From: Alphaproteobacteria bacterium
GTDB taxonomy: Bacteria > Pseudomonadota > Alphaproteobacteria > MPNO01 > UBA830
Direction: 5' to 3'
Length of the DNA stretch: 64,000 nt
NCBI GenBank assembly: GCA_965243135.1
Contig: OZ251539.1
Span: 704,001-768,000 of the forward strand
Part shown: piece by piece, positions 39,899 to 49,664 of the stretch
How the letters are laid out: every line of letters begins with the position of its first letter
How positions within the stretch are numbered: position 1 is the first letter of the stretch
The notes under the pieces: model-generated
The model's input: only the letters and a program-made list of their open reading frames with translations
The model's database searches: none
What the model was told of the DNA's origin: nothing
Translations under genes and position numbers: made by a program

Positions 39899-40909
39899 TC
39901 AGTTCCAGCACGCGAAGCCGTTGGCGGTGCCGGTGCCGGCTTCCGACCGGTAGCAGGGCACGTAGTCGATCACGTCGCCCGACAGCTCCGTTTCGAACAG
40001 CACGCCGGCGGCGGCGATCCAGTTCCGCAACTCCGACGAACCCGACATCAGCAACTCCTGTTCGATCCCGCGCAGCGCGTCCGAATCGCGGCCCCGCAGC
40101 GCGTCCAGAAATCTCCGGTCGAGGTCCTCGTCGATGCAGAAATGCGACATGCCGCCGGAACCCACCACGGCGACCCGCGCTTCCGAATTCCAGCCGGCGA
40201 TCGCGCGCCCGATCATCCGGCCGAGATCGAAGCAGCGGCGGGCGGTCGGCTGGTTGGGCGGATAGAAGGTGTTCGCGATGACCGGCAGGGTGGCCACCGT
40301 CCGGTCGCGCATGATCCGCCTCAATATGAAACTGAAGGCGTGCGGGGTTCCTGCATGCCGATGGTTGTCGTGTTCCGGCCAGGCGGCGGACGCGGCGAGA
40401 TCGAAGCCGTCCCGCATCGCCTGCTCGAAGACAACTTCGGCGAGTTCGGGCGCGCCGCGATACTCGGTCCGCCGGTCGGGGCGGTACGCCCACTCCGCCT
40501 CCTCGATGCCGGGAGGCAGAAGCGCCTTCTGCGCGTCGGTCAGCGGCTGATTGTGGAAGATCTCGCCGTGATAAACGGTGAAAGCGGGCTGAATTTCTTC
40601 GAGAAAGAGTTCGCGCTGATCGTTGCCGAGGATGACGCAGACGTCCGGCGCCGCGCTTTCCCAGGCGTCGCCCAGGGCCGCGATGGCCTTTTGGCAGGCG
40701 TCGTAGCGGCGCTGCCGCTCGGCGTCGGTGAACTTTTCGCGAATTCCCTCGCCGGAGCGTCGTTCGACGAGTTCGTCGAACGGCAGTTCTTCTCCCTTGA
40801 ACCAATGCTTGCGGGCGAGGTCGGCCTTGACCCGGTTCGCCCATTGATCCGGCGTGGTGTTGAGGGTCGGGCCGTGGGTCGTCCACATGCCGAGCACGAT
40901 ATCAGCCAT
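39899..40909 (-). CDS. LigB-like (class III) extradiol ring-cleavage dioxygenase
   Basis: MADIVLGMWTTHGPTL, GNDQRELF, PHAFSF, NTFYPPNQPTARRC, SGGMSHF, SGSSELRNW, YRSEAGTG. Confidence 0.85.
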   Translation of the reverse strand: MADIVLGMWTTHGPTLNTTPDQWANRVKADLARKHWFKGEELPFDELVERRSGEGIREKFTDAERQRRYDACQKAIAALGDAWESAAPDVCVILGNDQRELFLEEIQPAFTVYHGEIFHNQPLTDAQKALLPPGIEEAEWAYRPDRRTEYRGAPELAEVVFEQAMRDGFDLAASAAWPEHDNHRHAGTPHAFSFILRRIMRDRTVATLPVIANTFYPPNQPTARRCFDLGRMIGRAIAGWNSEARVAVVGSGGMSHFCIDEDLDRRFLDALRGRDSDALRGIEQELLMSGSSELRNWIAAAGVLFETELSGDVIDYVPCYRSEAGTGTANGFACWN

Positions 40910-40954
40910 CGTATGTCTCCCGTTGTTCGTTGCGCCCCTTGGCCGGCGCGCCGG

Positions 40955-41851
40955 TCATCGATTGCGGCCCTCCGGAGCGGTGATGTCGCGAACGCCGTCG
41001 CCCATCAGATTGACCGCGATCACGAGCAGGAATATCGCGAGGCCCGGCAGCGCGATCAGATAGGGCTTGAAGAACATGAAACTGCGTCCCTCCGAGACGA
41101 GCAACCCCCACGACGGGGTAGGGGGCTGAATCCCGAGCCCGAGAAAGGAAAGAACCGCTTCCACGAGGATGGCGATCCCGGTCTCCAGGCTGGCGACCAC
41201 GATGATCTGGCTCATCACGTTCGGAAGGATTTCGCGCAGGACGATCCGGGTTCGCGATGCGCCGACCGCCTCCGCCGCCGTCACGAACTCGTTGTTGCGG
41301 ACTTGCTGGGTGGCGCTGCGCACCACGACCGCGAATCGGTCCCAGAACAGGAAGCCGAGAATGCAGACGATCGCGAGGAGCGAGCCGCCGAATACCGACA
41401 CCAGCGACAGGGCGATCAGGATGCCGGGAAGGGCCAGCTTCACGTTGATGAGATACATCACGGCGGCGTCCGCGCGGCCGCCGAAATACCCGCCGATCAA
41501 TCCGATCGTCGATCCGACGAGGCCGGAGATGGCCGCGGCGCCGAGGCCGACGATCAGCGATATCCGCGCGCCGTAGAGGATTCGGGTGAGGTAGTCGCGG
41601 CCGAGGGAATCGGTTCCGAGCGGATGCGACCAGGTGCCGCCGTCGCCCCAGACCGGATTGATCAGCCGGGCGTCGAGGTTCTGCGCGAACGGATCGAACG
41701 GCGTCACCGCGGGCGCGAACGCCGCCAGCAGCGAGATCGCCAGGACGAATCCGGTTCCGAGAAGGAATCCGGCATGCGACAGCGCGCGCCGCCGCATGAT
41801 CTCGCGCGGCGACGGCGCCGCGAATTCGGTCGTTTCGTCGGCGTCGCGCAC
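40955..41851 (-). CDS. Peptide/nickel ABC permease (DppC-like)
   Basis: HPLGTDSLGRD, GARISL, EFVTAAEAVGA, LSFLGLG..PSWG. Confidence 0.92.
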   Translation of the reverse strand: MRDADETTEFAAPSPREIMRRRALSHAGFLLGTGFVLAISLLAAFAPAVTPFDPFAQNLDARLINPVWGDGGTWSHPLGTDSLGRDYLTRILYGARISLIVGLGAAAISGLVGSTIGLIGGYFGGRADAAVMYLINVKLALPGILIALSLVSVFGGSLLAIVCILGFLFWDRFAVVVRSATQQVRNNEFVTAAEAVGASRTRIVLREILPNVMSQIIVVASLETGIAILVEAVLSFLGLGIQPPTPSWGLLVSEGRSFMFFKPYLIALPGLAIFLLVIAVNLMGDGVRDITAPEGRNR

Positions 41852-41860
41852 CTTCGCCTC

Positions 41861-42778
41861 CTAATCCAGCCGAATGCGGGGATCGAGCCGCGCGTTGATC
41901 AGATCGGACGCCAGCGTGAGCAGGATGTAGGCGAACGATACGAACACCAGGATCGACTGGACGACGGGAAAATCGCTTCTGAGAATCGACTGATAGGCGA
42001 GCAGCCCGATGCCGTTCAGCGCGAAGACCGCCTCGACGATCACCGATCCCCCGAGCAGGAATCCCAGCGACACGGCGGAAAGCGACACCACGGGCAGGAT
42101 CGCGTTGCGCAGCGCGTGCTTGAAGAAGACGGTCGAAGCGTGCAGCCCCTTCGCCCAGGCGGTGCGGACGAAGTCCGCGTCCAGCACCTCCAGCATTCCG
42201 GCGCGGGTAAGCCGCATGAGCGCCGGCATTACCGTCGTGCCGAGAGTGACGGTCGGCAGCACGTAATGCGCGAAGTCGCCGGACCCGGATATCGGCAACC
42301 AGCGCAGGAGGACGCCGAACAGGTAGATCAGCAGCAGGCCGAACCAGAAATTGGGGATCGCCTGCCCGAATACGGCGATCGCGAGCGCCGCCCGGTCGAT
42401 CCACGTGTTCATCCTGACGGCGGCGAGCACGCCGAGCGGAACGGCGATCAGGAGCGCCAGGGCAAGGGAGTATAGGGACAGTCGGACGGTGACGCCGATG
42501 CGCTCGAGTATGAGTTCCGTGACCGGTTCGTTGGTGAACAGCGATTGTCCGAGATCGCCGCGGAGCGCCTTTCCGGCCCAGTCGAGGTACTGCGCGTGCA
42601 ACGGGCGGTCGAGACCGTAGAGCCTGGCGATCTCGGCGACCTCCTCGGGCGTCGCGTCCTCGCCGGCCAGGTCGGCCGCGAGGTCCCCGGAGAGCCGCAA
42701 TAGCGCGAAGCCGATGACCGACACCGTTATGGCGACCAGAAGCGCGACGCCCGCCCTCTGCAGGAAGAAGCGGCCCAC
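41861..42778 (-). CDS. Peptide/nickel ABC permease (DppB-like)
   Basis: GLDRPL, GDLGQS, PNFW, RTAWAKGL, HALRNA, LDPRI. Confidence 0.92.
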   Translation of the reverse strand: MGRFFLQRAGVALLVAITVSVIGFALLRLSGDLAADLAGEDATPEEVAEIARLYGLDRPLHAQYLDWAGKALRGDLGQSLFTNEPVTELILERIGVTVRLSLYSLALALLIAVPLGVLAAVRMNTWIDRAALAIAVFGQAIPNFWFGLLLIYLFGVLLRWLPISGSGDFAHYVLPTVTLGTTVMPALMRLTRAGMLEVLDADFVRTAWAKGLHASTVFFKHALRNAILPVVSLSAVSLGFLLGGSVIVEAVFALNGIGLLAYQSILRSDFPVVQSILVFVSFAYILLTLASDLINARLDPRIRLD

Positions 42779-42802
42779 CTTGCGCTCCGCCGCTCCGCGC
42801 GG

Positions 42803-43816
42803 TCAGAGCCCGAGTCCGAAGACGCGTTTCGCGTTGCCGGAAAGAAGCTTCTCCTTGTCGGCGTCGGACAGCCAGTCGAAAGACGCGATGTGGTGAGCGA
42901 CGTCGTCCATGTGCCGCCCGGTGTCCGGATTGATCGAGGAGCCGACGCCCGGACATTCGGCGCCGAACAGGCACTGGTCGACGCCCGCCACGCGGATCAG
43001 CAGCTCGATCGCTTCCGGCGTGTACAGAACCGTGTCGTAATGCAGGCGGCGCATTCGCCGGCTGAACCGTTCCGCGCCCTCGCGCCGCAACGTGCCGGAC
43101 TCGAAGCGTCCGAGCTGGTAGGGAATCGCGCCGCCGCCGTGGCTCACGACGATCTTGAGATCCGGAAAGTCGTCGAGGACGGCGGAGTTCACCAGACCGT
43201 ACACGGCCGTCGTCTCCTCGTTGATGAAGCGCAAGGAGTAGGGTTCCCGTTCGGACCTCGATCCGGTGCCGTGAATGTGAGCCGGAACGTCGAGTTCGCA
43301 CAGCTTCTCGTAGAGGGGATACCAGTAGCGGTCGCCCAGAGCCGGCGGATGGACGCCGGTGTTTTCGTAGGGGTCGGGGTTGAGCAGGCATCCTCTGAAG
43401 CCGAGCTCGCCGACGCAGCGTTCAAGTTCGGCGATCGCCATGTCGAGCGGTTCCCCGCAGGGCTGCGGCAGACCGGCGACGCCGACGAAGCGGTTCGGGT
43501 ACAACTGCGTTTCGCGGTAAATGACGTCGTTGCACTCCTCGTGGAACCATTGCACGAGTTTCGCGGGTTTTTCGGAGTGCATGAGCTGGAAGGGCCGCGG
43601 CGACAGGAGCTGCAGGTCGGTCCCCAGTTCGTCGAGGTAGCTCATGTGGCTGTGTCCCGATCCGGGGAAGTGCTTTTCTTCGACGGAGCGGCGGATGTCG
43701 TCGTCGCTGACGACGACCTTGCCCCGGCCGTGCGAACCGCGATGGGCCAGCAGCGTGGCCTTGTAGGCCCAGAGTTCCGCGGGCGCGCTGACGTGGGCGT
43801 GACAGTCGATTATCAT
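42803..43816 (-). CDS. Amidohydrolase_2 family, LigJ (4-oxalomesaconate hydratase)-like
   Basis: MIIDCHAH, LSPRP, LNPDP, WYPLYEKLCELDVPAHIH, SHGGGAIPYQ, LFGAECPG. Confidence 0.85.
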   Translation of the reverse strand: MIIDCHAHVSAPAELWAYKATLLAHRGSHGRGKVVVSDDDIRRSVEEKHFPGSGHSHMSYLDELGTDLQLLSPRPFQLMHSEKPAKLVQWFHEECNDVIYRETQLYPNRFVGVAGLPQPCGEPLDMAIAELERCVGELGFRGCLLNPDPYENTGVHPPALGDRYWYPLYEKLCELDVPAHIHGTGSRSEREPYSLRFINEETTAVYGLVNSAVLDDFPDLKIVVSHGGGAIPYQLGRFESGTLRREGAERFSRRMRRLHYDTVLYTPEAIELLIRVAGVDQCLFGAECPGVGSSINPDTGRHMDDVAHHIASFDWLSDADKEKLLSGNAKRVFGLGL

Positions 43817-43882
43817 GTGACGGTCCTCCGCAGGGGCGCGAGCGGCGCCGATGACGAAAGATCAAGGATAGGGAGACGCAAG

Positions 43883-45439
43883 ATGAACGGCAAACGGAGA
43901 ACGACCCGAAAATCGGGCGGACGGTTTCTTGCCGCGGCGGCGGCCGCCGTCATGATCGCGGCGCCGGCCGCGGCGCAGAAGTCGAAGGACACGCTGCGAG
44001 TAGGCTTCTACGATCCGATCGCGGGCGTGGACCTGATTTACGATCCCAAGGGCGAAACCTCGTTCACGGCTCGCGCGGTGTTCGACACGCTGATCTCCTA
44101 CAACGAGGAAACCAGGGAGTTCGAACCGCTGCTGGCCAAGTCGTGGCGGCGTCTCGACCCGACGACCTACGAGTTCGAGTTGCGGGACGACGTGAAGTTC
44201 CACGACGGCTCGCCGCTGGATGCCGACGACGTCGTCTACACGCTCAACTGGCTCGCGGATCCGAAGGTCAAGTTCCGCATCAAGACGCGCTTTCTGTGGA
44301 TCGACAAGGCCGAGAAGGTCGATCGTTACACCGTGCGCGTGACGACGAAGGGGCCGCGGGCGGTCGCGCTCGCTCGTTTCGCCGTGAGCATTCCGATATT
44401 TCCGTCCGACGTTCACGGCGCGATGAAGAACAAGGCGGCGTTCGGGAAGCAGGCGATCGGAACCGGGCCTTACAAGCTGGTCTCCTATCATCCCGACAAG
44501 GGCGTTCGGCTAGCGCGCAACCCGGATTACCGGCATGGCGTTCCCTCCAAACCGGCCGGCAGGATCGAGAACGTCCATGCCCTGCCCATTCCCGACATCC
44601 AGACCCAGGTCGCGCAGCTCGTCACCGGCGGCCTCGACATGATCCACAACGTTCCCAAGGATCAGGCGGACAACCTTTCCCAGGATCCGCGGCTCGCGAT
44701 CACGATCAGCAACGGCATCCTGTTCCGGTACATCGCTCTCGACGCCGTCGGACGCACCGGACGCGACGACCTGAAGGACGTCCGGGTGCGGCGTGCGTTG
44801 ATCCATGCGATCGATCGCGATTCGATCCGCCGCAATATCTTTGCGGGCGGCGACGCCGTGAGGAAGATGGATTCGATTTGCAAGCCCATGCAGATCGGCT
44901 GCGTTTTCGACCGGAACCCTCCCGCCTACGATCCGGCGGCGGCGAGGAAGCTTCTGAAGGAAGCGGGCAGGACCGGACTGCAACTGGAAATCACCACGCT
45001 GCTCGAGGCGCGCAAGGTGGCCGAGGCGATCGCGGGATATTTCAGGGCCGTCGGCGTGAAGGCGTCGATCAAGACGCAGACCTTCGGCGCCTACCGGAAG
45101 CTGCAGAGGGCGGGCAAGATCCAGGCGCTGGTTCACCAGTTCAGTTCGGGCGGCGTTCCCGACGTCGACGCTCTGGTCACCTACTATTTCGCCAGCAAGG
45201 CCCGCGACTATTACGGAGACGCTCAGATCAAGGGTTGGATGAAGGAGGCGGGTTCGATCTTCGACGTCGCCGAGCGGGAAAAGCTTTATCGCATGATCTT
45301 CGACCGCATCAACGAGCAGGTTTACGTCATTCCCATTGCGAGCCTGCCGTCCGTGTTTTTGCACGCGAAGGATCTGGCCGTCGACAAGGGCATCATCAAT
45401 CCCTTCGGCGCGCAGATGAGCCGGATCGGCTGGAAGTAA
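43883..45439 (+). CDS. ABC substrate-binding protein, family 5 (paralog 1)
   Basis: Signal peptide, PLLAKSW, LRDDVKFHDGSPLDADDVVYT, IGTGPYK, VRRALIHAIDR. Confidence 0.92.
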   Translation: MNGKRRTTRKSGGRFLAAAAAAVMIAAPAAAQKSKDTLRVGFYDPIAGVDLIYDPKGETSFTARAVFDTLISYNEETREFEPLLAKSWRRLDPTTYEFELRDDVKFHDGSPLDADDVVYTLNWLADPKVKFRIKTRFLWIDKAEKVDRYTVRVTTKGPRAVALARFAVSIPIFPSDVHGAMKNKAAFGKQAIGTGPYKLVSYHPDKGVRLARNPDYRHGVPSKPAGRIENVHALPIPDIQTQVAQLVTGGLDMIHNVPKDQADNLSQDPRLAITISNGILFRYIALDAVGRTGRDDLKDVRVRRALIHAIDRDSIRRNIFAGGDAVRKMDSICKPMQIGCVFDRNPPAYDPAAARKLLKEAGRTGLQLEITTLLEARKVAEAIAGYFRAVGVKASIKTQTFGAYRKLQRAGKIQALVHQFSSGGVPDVDALVTYYFASKARDYYGDAQIKGWMKEAGSIFDVAEREKLYRMIFDRINEQVYVIPIASLPSVFLHAKDLAVDKGIINPFGAQMSRIGWK

Positions 45440-45716
45440 GGTCGGCGGAGACCGGGAAGGCCCGGGTTCCGCCCCGGGTCTCCCGAGGTTGCGCGCGCGG
45501 CGTACGACCGGTTTCGCGCGGAATCCGGACGAACGCTCGCGAGCGCCCGCCTCGGGCGAGGCGCGCCGTCGGCTGCGCGCGGCGGTTGAAACGGCGCAAC
45601 GGCCGGGAGCGGGGTTCCGGCAGGTGGACCGCCTCTTCCTTCGAGGCCATCATGCCTTCCGGTTCGCGCGCCCGCCGCAGCGGGCGACGCGGCGCCTGTG
45701 CCGTCGGGAGAAAGAA

Positions 45717-47444
45717 ATGCAAGACGTTGCCCGCCAAGACGCAGACTCCAGAGCTCTTTCCCCTTCCGCCGCCGAAGCCCTTCTCGTCCGGCTCAAGCGG
45801 AACGGCGTCGATTACCTCTTCGCGAACGCCGGCACGGATTTCGCGCCGATCGTCGAAGGCTACGCCGCGGCCGCGACCAAGAGCGGTCTCGGCGCCATGC
45901 CCGAACCTCTCGTCATCCCGCACGAAACGGCGGCGGTCGCCATGGCGCACGGCTACTATCTCGTCACCGGCCGCCCCCAGGCCGCGATGGTGCACGTCAA
46001 CGTCGGTCTCGCCAATTCGCTGATGGGACTGATCAACGCGGCCAGCGACCAGATCCCGCTGTTCATGATGGCCGGCCGCACGCCGCTCACCGAGCACGGT
46101 CGCCTCGGCTCGCGAATGGCGCCGATACATTACGGCCAGGAGATGCGCGATCAGGCGGCGATGGTCCGCGAAGTGACCAAGTGGGACTACGAACTGCGCT
46201 ATCCCGAGCAGGCCGAGCTTCTGGTCGACCGCGGCCTGACGATCGCCATGACGGAACCTCGGGGTCCGGTATTTCTTGGATTGCCGCGCGAACCGCTGGC
46301 CGAGCGGCAACCGATGGATCACGCCGCCGACGTTCCGCTTCAATCGGCGCCGACGCCCGCCCGGCCCGATCCGGATGCGGTTCGCAAGGCGGCAAGGATG
46401 CTGGCGGCCGCGAACAACCCGTTGATCGTCGTCCAGCGCGGCGACCCGGAGGGCCGGCTTGCGGCGGCGCTTGCGCGCCTTTCCGAAGCGGCTGCGGCGC
46501 CGGTCGTGGAAAACCTCGCGCTCCGCAACGTCCTGCCGACCGCCCATCCTCTGCACGGCGGCTACGACGTCGGACCGTGGATCGGCGAAGCGGACTTCGT
46601 TCTGGTCGTTCAGTCGCAGGTGCCGTGGGTGCAGCGCAGTCAACGTCCCGCGGCCGGCGCCTGCGTCGTTCATGTCGGCCCCGATCCGCTGTTCCGATCG
46701 ATGCCGGTGCGGAGCTTTCGGAACGACCTTGCGATTTGCGGCGATGCCGCGCATACGGTCGACGCCATCGCCGAAGCGCTGAACGGTCCGGCGTCGGACG
46801 AGCGGAGGCGGACCGTCGCTGCGCGCGCGGACCGGCGGCGCGCGGACGCCGCGGCGGCCGCGGACAAGGGAGGCGGCACGCCGATGACGCCGCCGTACGT
46901 CGGCAAATGCCTCTCCGAGATTCTCGGCGGCGACGGCGTGGTATTCAGCGAACTCGGGGTCAATCCGTCCTTCATGGACCTCAAGGGACCCAACCGATTC
47001 TTCTCCGTCCCGTTCTCGGGCGGACTCGGGTGGGGCTTGCCTGCGGCGCTGGGAGCGGCGCTCGCCGATCGGGAACGGCTGGTCGTCGCCTGCGTCGGCG
47101 ACGGGTCGTACATATTCGCGAATCCGGTCGCCTGCCACCAGGTGGCGGAGGCGCAAAACTTGCCGGTGCTGACGGTGGTGATGAACAACGGCATTTGGAA
47201 CGCGGTGCGGCGGGCGGCGCGGAACGTCTATCCGGAGGGCGAGGCGGCGCGGATGAACCAGCTGCCGATCACGTCGCTGGAACCGCTGCCCGACTTCTGC
47301 CGAATCGCCGAAGCGAGCCGCGGTCACGCGGAGCGCGTCGCGGACGGCTCCGCGCTGCCGGCGGCGCTGGCGCGCGCGGTCGAGGTCGTCCGCAAGGAGC
47401 GACGCCATGCGCTGGTCGAGGCGCGGGTCGCGATTCCCGATTGA
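45717..47444 (+). CDS. Thiamine-diphosphate enzyme (acetolactate synthase/benzoylformate decarboxylase-like)
   Basis: FANAGTDF, PHETAAVAMAHGY, GGLGWGL, GDGSYIF..MNNGIW. Confidence 0.9.
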   Translation: MQDVARQDADSRALSPSAAEALLVRLKRNGVDYLFANAGTDFAPIVEGYAAAATKSGLGAMPEPLVIPHETAAVAMAHGYYLVTGRPQAAMVHVNVGLANSLMGLINAASDQIPLFMMAGRTPLTEHGRLGSRMAPIHYGQEMRDQAAMVREVTKWDYELRYPEQAELLVDRGLTIAMTEPRGPVFLGLPREPLAERQPMDHAADVPLQSAPTPARPDPDAVRKAARMLAAANNPLIVVQRGDPEGRLAAALARLSEAAAAPVVENLALRNVLPTAHPLHGGYDVGPWIGEADFVLVVQSQVPWVQRSQRPAAGACVVHVGPDPLFRSMPVRSFRNDLAICGDAAHTVDAIAEALNGPASDERRRTVAARADRRRADAAAAADKGGGTPMTPPYVGKCLSEILGGDGVVFSELGVNPSFMDLKGPNRFFSVPFSGGLGWGLPAALGAALADRERLVVACVGDGSYIFANPVACHQVAEAQNLPVLTVVMNNGIWNAVRRAARNVYPEGEAARMNQLPITSLEPLPDFCRIAEASRGHAERVADGSALPAALARAVEVVRKERRHALVEARVAIPD

Positions 47445-47730
47445 TCCATGGCCGCCGTTGTTTCGGAAACGGAGAGGCTGACCTCCTCCGAGGATCGCGT
47501 TTGGATTTCTTCGTCCCGGCGGCCCGGAGGCGATCCGTTCGGCGCAGGGACCGTCCCGTTGCGCCCGTCGCTTCCCCCAACGTCTCCCGCGGAGCGTCCG
47601 CAACGACGTCGTCGCGCGAATTCGGTTCAGGGCGAAAGGATCGGCTGACGCAAGCCCTGCGAAAGACTACGATGCGGCTCATCGGCGCTTGACGCCCCGG
47701 CGAAGTCCGCCGGAGACAGGGAGACATGAA

Positions 47731-49260
47731 ATGCAGTGCAAAATTCTGATTGCGGCGGCGACCGCCGCAGTTTTGGCCGGCGGATCCACTCCGGCGCAGA
47801 AATCCGCGGACACGCTGCGAGTCGGCTTCTACGATCCGATTCCGGGCGTGGACCTGGTTTACGATCCCAAGGGCGAAACCTCGTTCACGGCGCGCGCGGT
47901 ATTCGACACGCTGATTTCCTACAACGAGAAAACCAGGGAGTTCGAACCGCTGCTGGCGAAATCGTGGAGTCGGCCGAACGCGACGACGTACGAGTTCAAG
48001 CTGCGCGACGACGTGAAGTTCCATGACGGCTCGCCGCTGGACGCGGACGACGTGGTCTACACGTTGAACTGGCTGGCCGATCCGAAGGTCAAGTTCCGCA
48101 TCAAGACGCGCTTTCTCTGGATCGACAAGGCCGAGAAGGTCGATCGCTACACCGTGCGCGTGACCACCAAGGGACCGCGAGCGGTCGCGCTGGCGCGGTT
48201 CGCCGTCAGCGTGCCGATTCTGCCTTCCGACGCGCACGGCGCCATGAAGAACAAGGCGGCGTTCGGGAAGAAGCCGATTGGAACGGGTCCTTACAAGGTC
48301 GTGTCCTACGATCCCAGCAGCGGCGTCCGGATGGCGCGGAACCCCGACTATCGGCACGGCGTCGCTTCCAAGCCCGCCGGCCGGATCGAAAACGTCCACA
48401 TCCTGCCGATTCCCGACATTCAGACCCAGGTCGCGCAGCTCGTCACCGGCGGCATCGACATGATTCACAACGTCCCCAAGGATCAGGCCGACAACCTGTC
48501 GCAGGATCCGCGGCTGGCAATGACCGTCAGCAACGGAATCCTGTATCGCTACATCGCGTTCGACGCGTTGGGACGATCCGGGATCGACGACCTCAAGGAT
48601 GCGCGGGTGCGCCGGGCGCTCGTCCACGCAATCGATCGCGATTCGATACGCCGCAATATCTTCGCGGGCGGCGACGCGGTGAGGAAGATGGATTCCATCT
48701 GCAAGCCGCTGCAGATCGGTTGCGCCTTCGACCGCAAGCCGCCGGCCTACGATCCCGCGGCGGCGAAGAGGTTGCTGGCGGAGGCCGGAAAGACCGGCCT
48801 CAAGCTGGAGATCACGACGCTGCCGGAATCCCGCAAGGTGGCGGAGGCGGTGGCGGGCTATCTGCGAGCCGTCGGGGTGCAGGCTTCCCTCAAGAGCGTT
48901 ACGTTCGGCGCCTACAGGAAGCTGCAGCGATCCGGAAAGATCCAGACGCTGGTCCACCAGTTCAGTTCGGGCGGCGTTCCCGACGTCGACGCGCTGGTCA
49001 CCTTCTACTTCGCCAGCAAGGCGCGCGACTACTACGGAGACGATCAGATCAAGGGTTGGATGAAGCAGGCGGGTTCCATCTTCGACACCGCCGAGCGGGA
49101 GAAGCTCTACCGCAAGATCTTCAACCGGATCAACGATCAGGCCTACGTCATTCCGATCGCCAGTCTGCCCTCGGTATTCGTGCACGCGAAGGATCTGGCG
49201 ATCGACGAAGGGATCATCAATCCCTTCGGCGCGCAGATAGGACGGATCAGCTGGAAGTGA
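47731..49260 (+). CDS. ABC substrate-binding protein, family 5 (paralog 2)
   Basis: Same motifs as paralog 1; RBS agggag. Confidence 0.92.
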   Translation: MQCKILIAAATAAVLAGGSTPAQKSADTLRVGFYDPIPGVDLVYDPKGETSFTARAVFDTLISYNEKTREFEPLLAKSWSRPNATTYEFKLRDDVKFHDGSPLDADDVVYTLNWLADPKVKFRIKTRFLWIDKAEKVDRYTVRVTTKGPRAVALARFAVSVPILPSDAHGAMKNKAAFGKKPIGTGPYKVVSYDPSSGVRMARNPDYRHGVASKPAGRIENVHILPIPDIQTQVAQLVTGGIDMIHNVPKDQADNLSQDPRLAMTVSNGILYRYIAFDALGRSGIDDLKDARVRRALVHAIDRDSIRRNIFAGGDAVRKMDSICKPLQIGCAFDRKPPAYDPAAAKRLLAEAGKTGLKLEITTLPESRKVAEAVAGYLRAVGVQASLKSVTFGAYRKLQRSGKIQTLVHQFSSGGVPDVDALVTFYFASKARDYYGDDQIKGWMKQAGSIFDTAEREKLYRKIFNRINDQAYVIPIASLPSVFVHAKDLAIDEGIINPFGAQIGRISWK

Positions 49261-49664
49261 CCCTGCATGCCCCGCCCCATGACCGGGCGGGGCCTTACGC
49301 CGCTGCCGCTTCGCTCCCGTCGACGTAACCGAAGCGGCCCTTCCGGTCGTCGTCGACGAGCTCGTCGATCCGCTTGCGGGTGCGGTCGAACGTTTCCCGC
49401 GTGCAAGGCTCGAAGGCGAGGCGTTCGCCCGGGCGCGTCGACCGCGCACTTCTCCGGCAGTTCGCGCAGGAAATAACGCGTGCAGCGTTCCGGTTCGATG
49501 CCCCGCAGCGTCGGTCGGTTTCCGGAAATCGAACGGCCGCGGCGTCGCGGACGGGATTTCGGTTCGGCCGAATGGACCGGCTGGCGAGAGCCTTGCGAAA
49601 GGCTACGATGCGAATTCGGTTCATCGCGCCCCGGCGCAGTCCGCCGGAGACAGGGAGACACGAA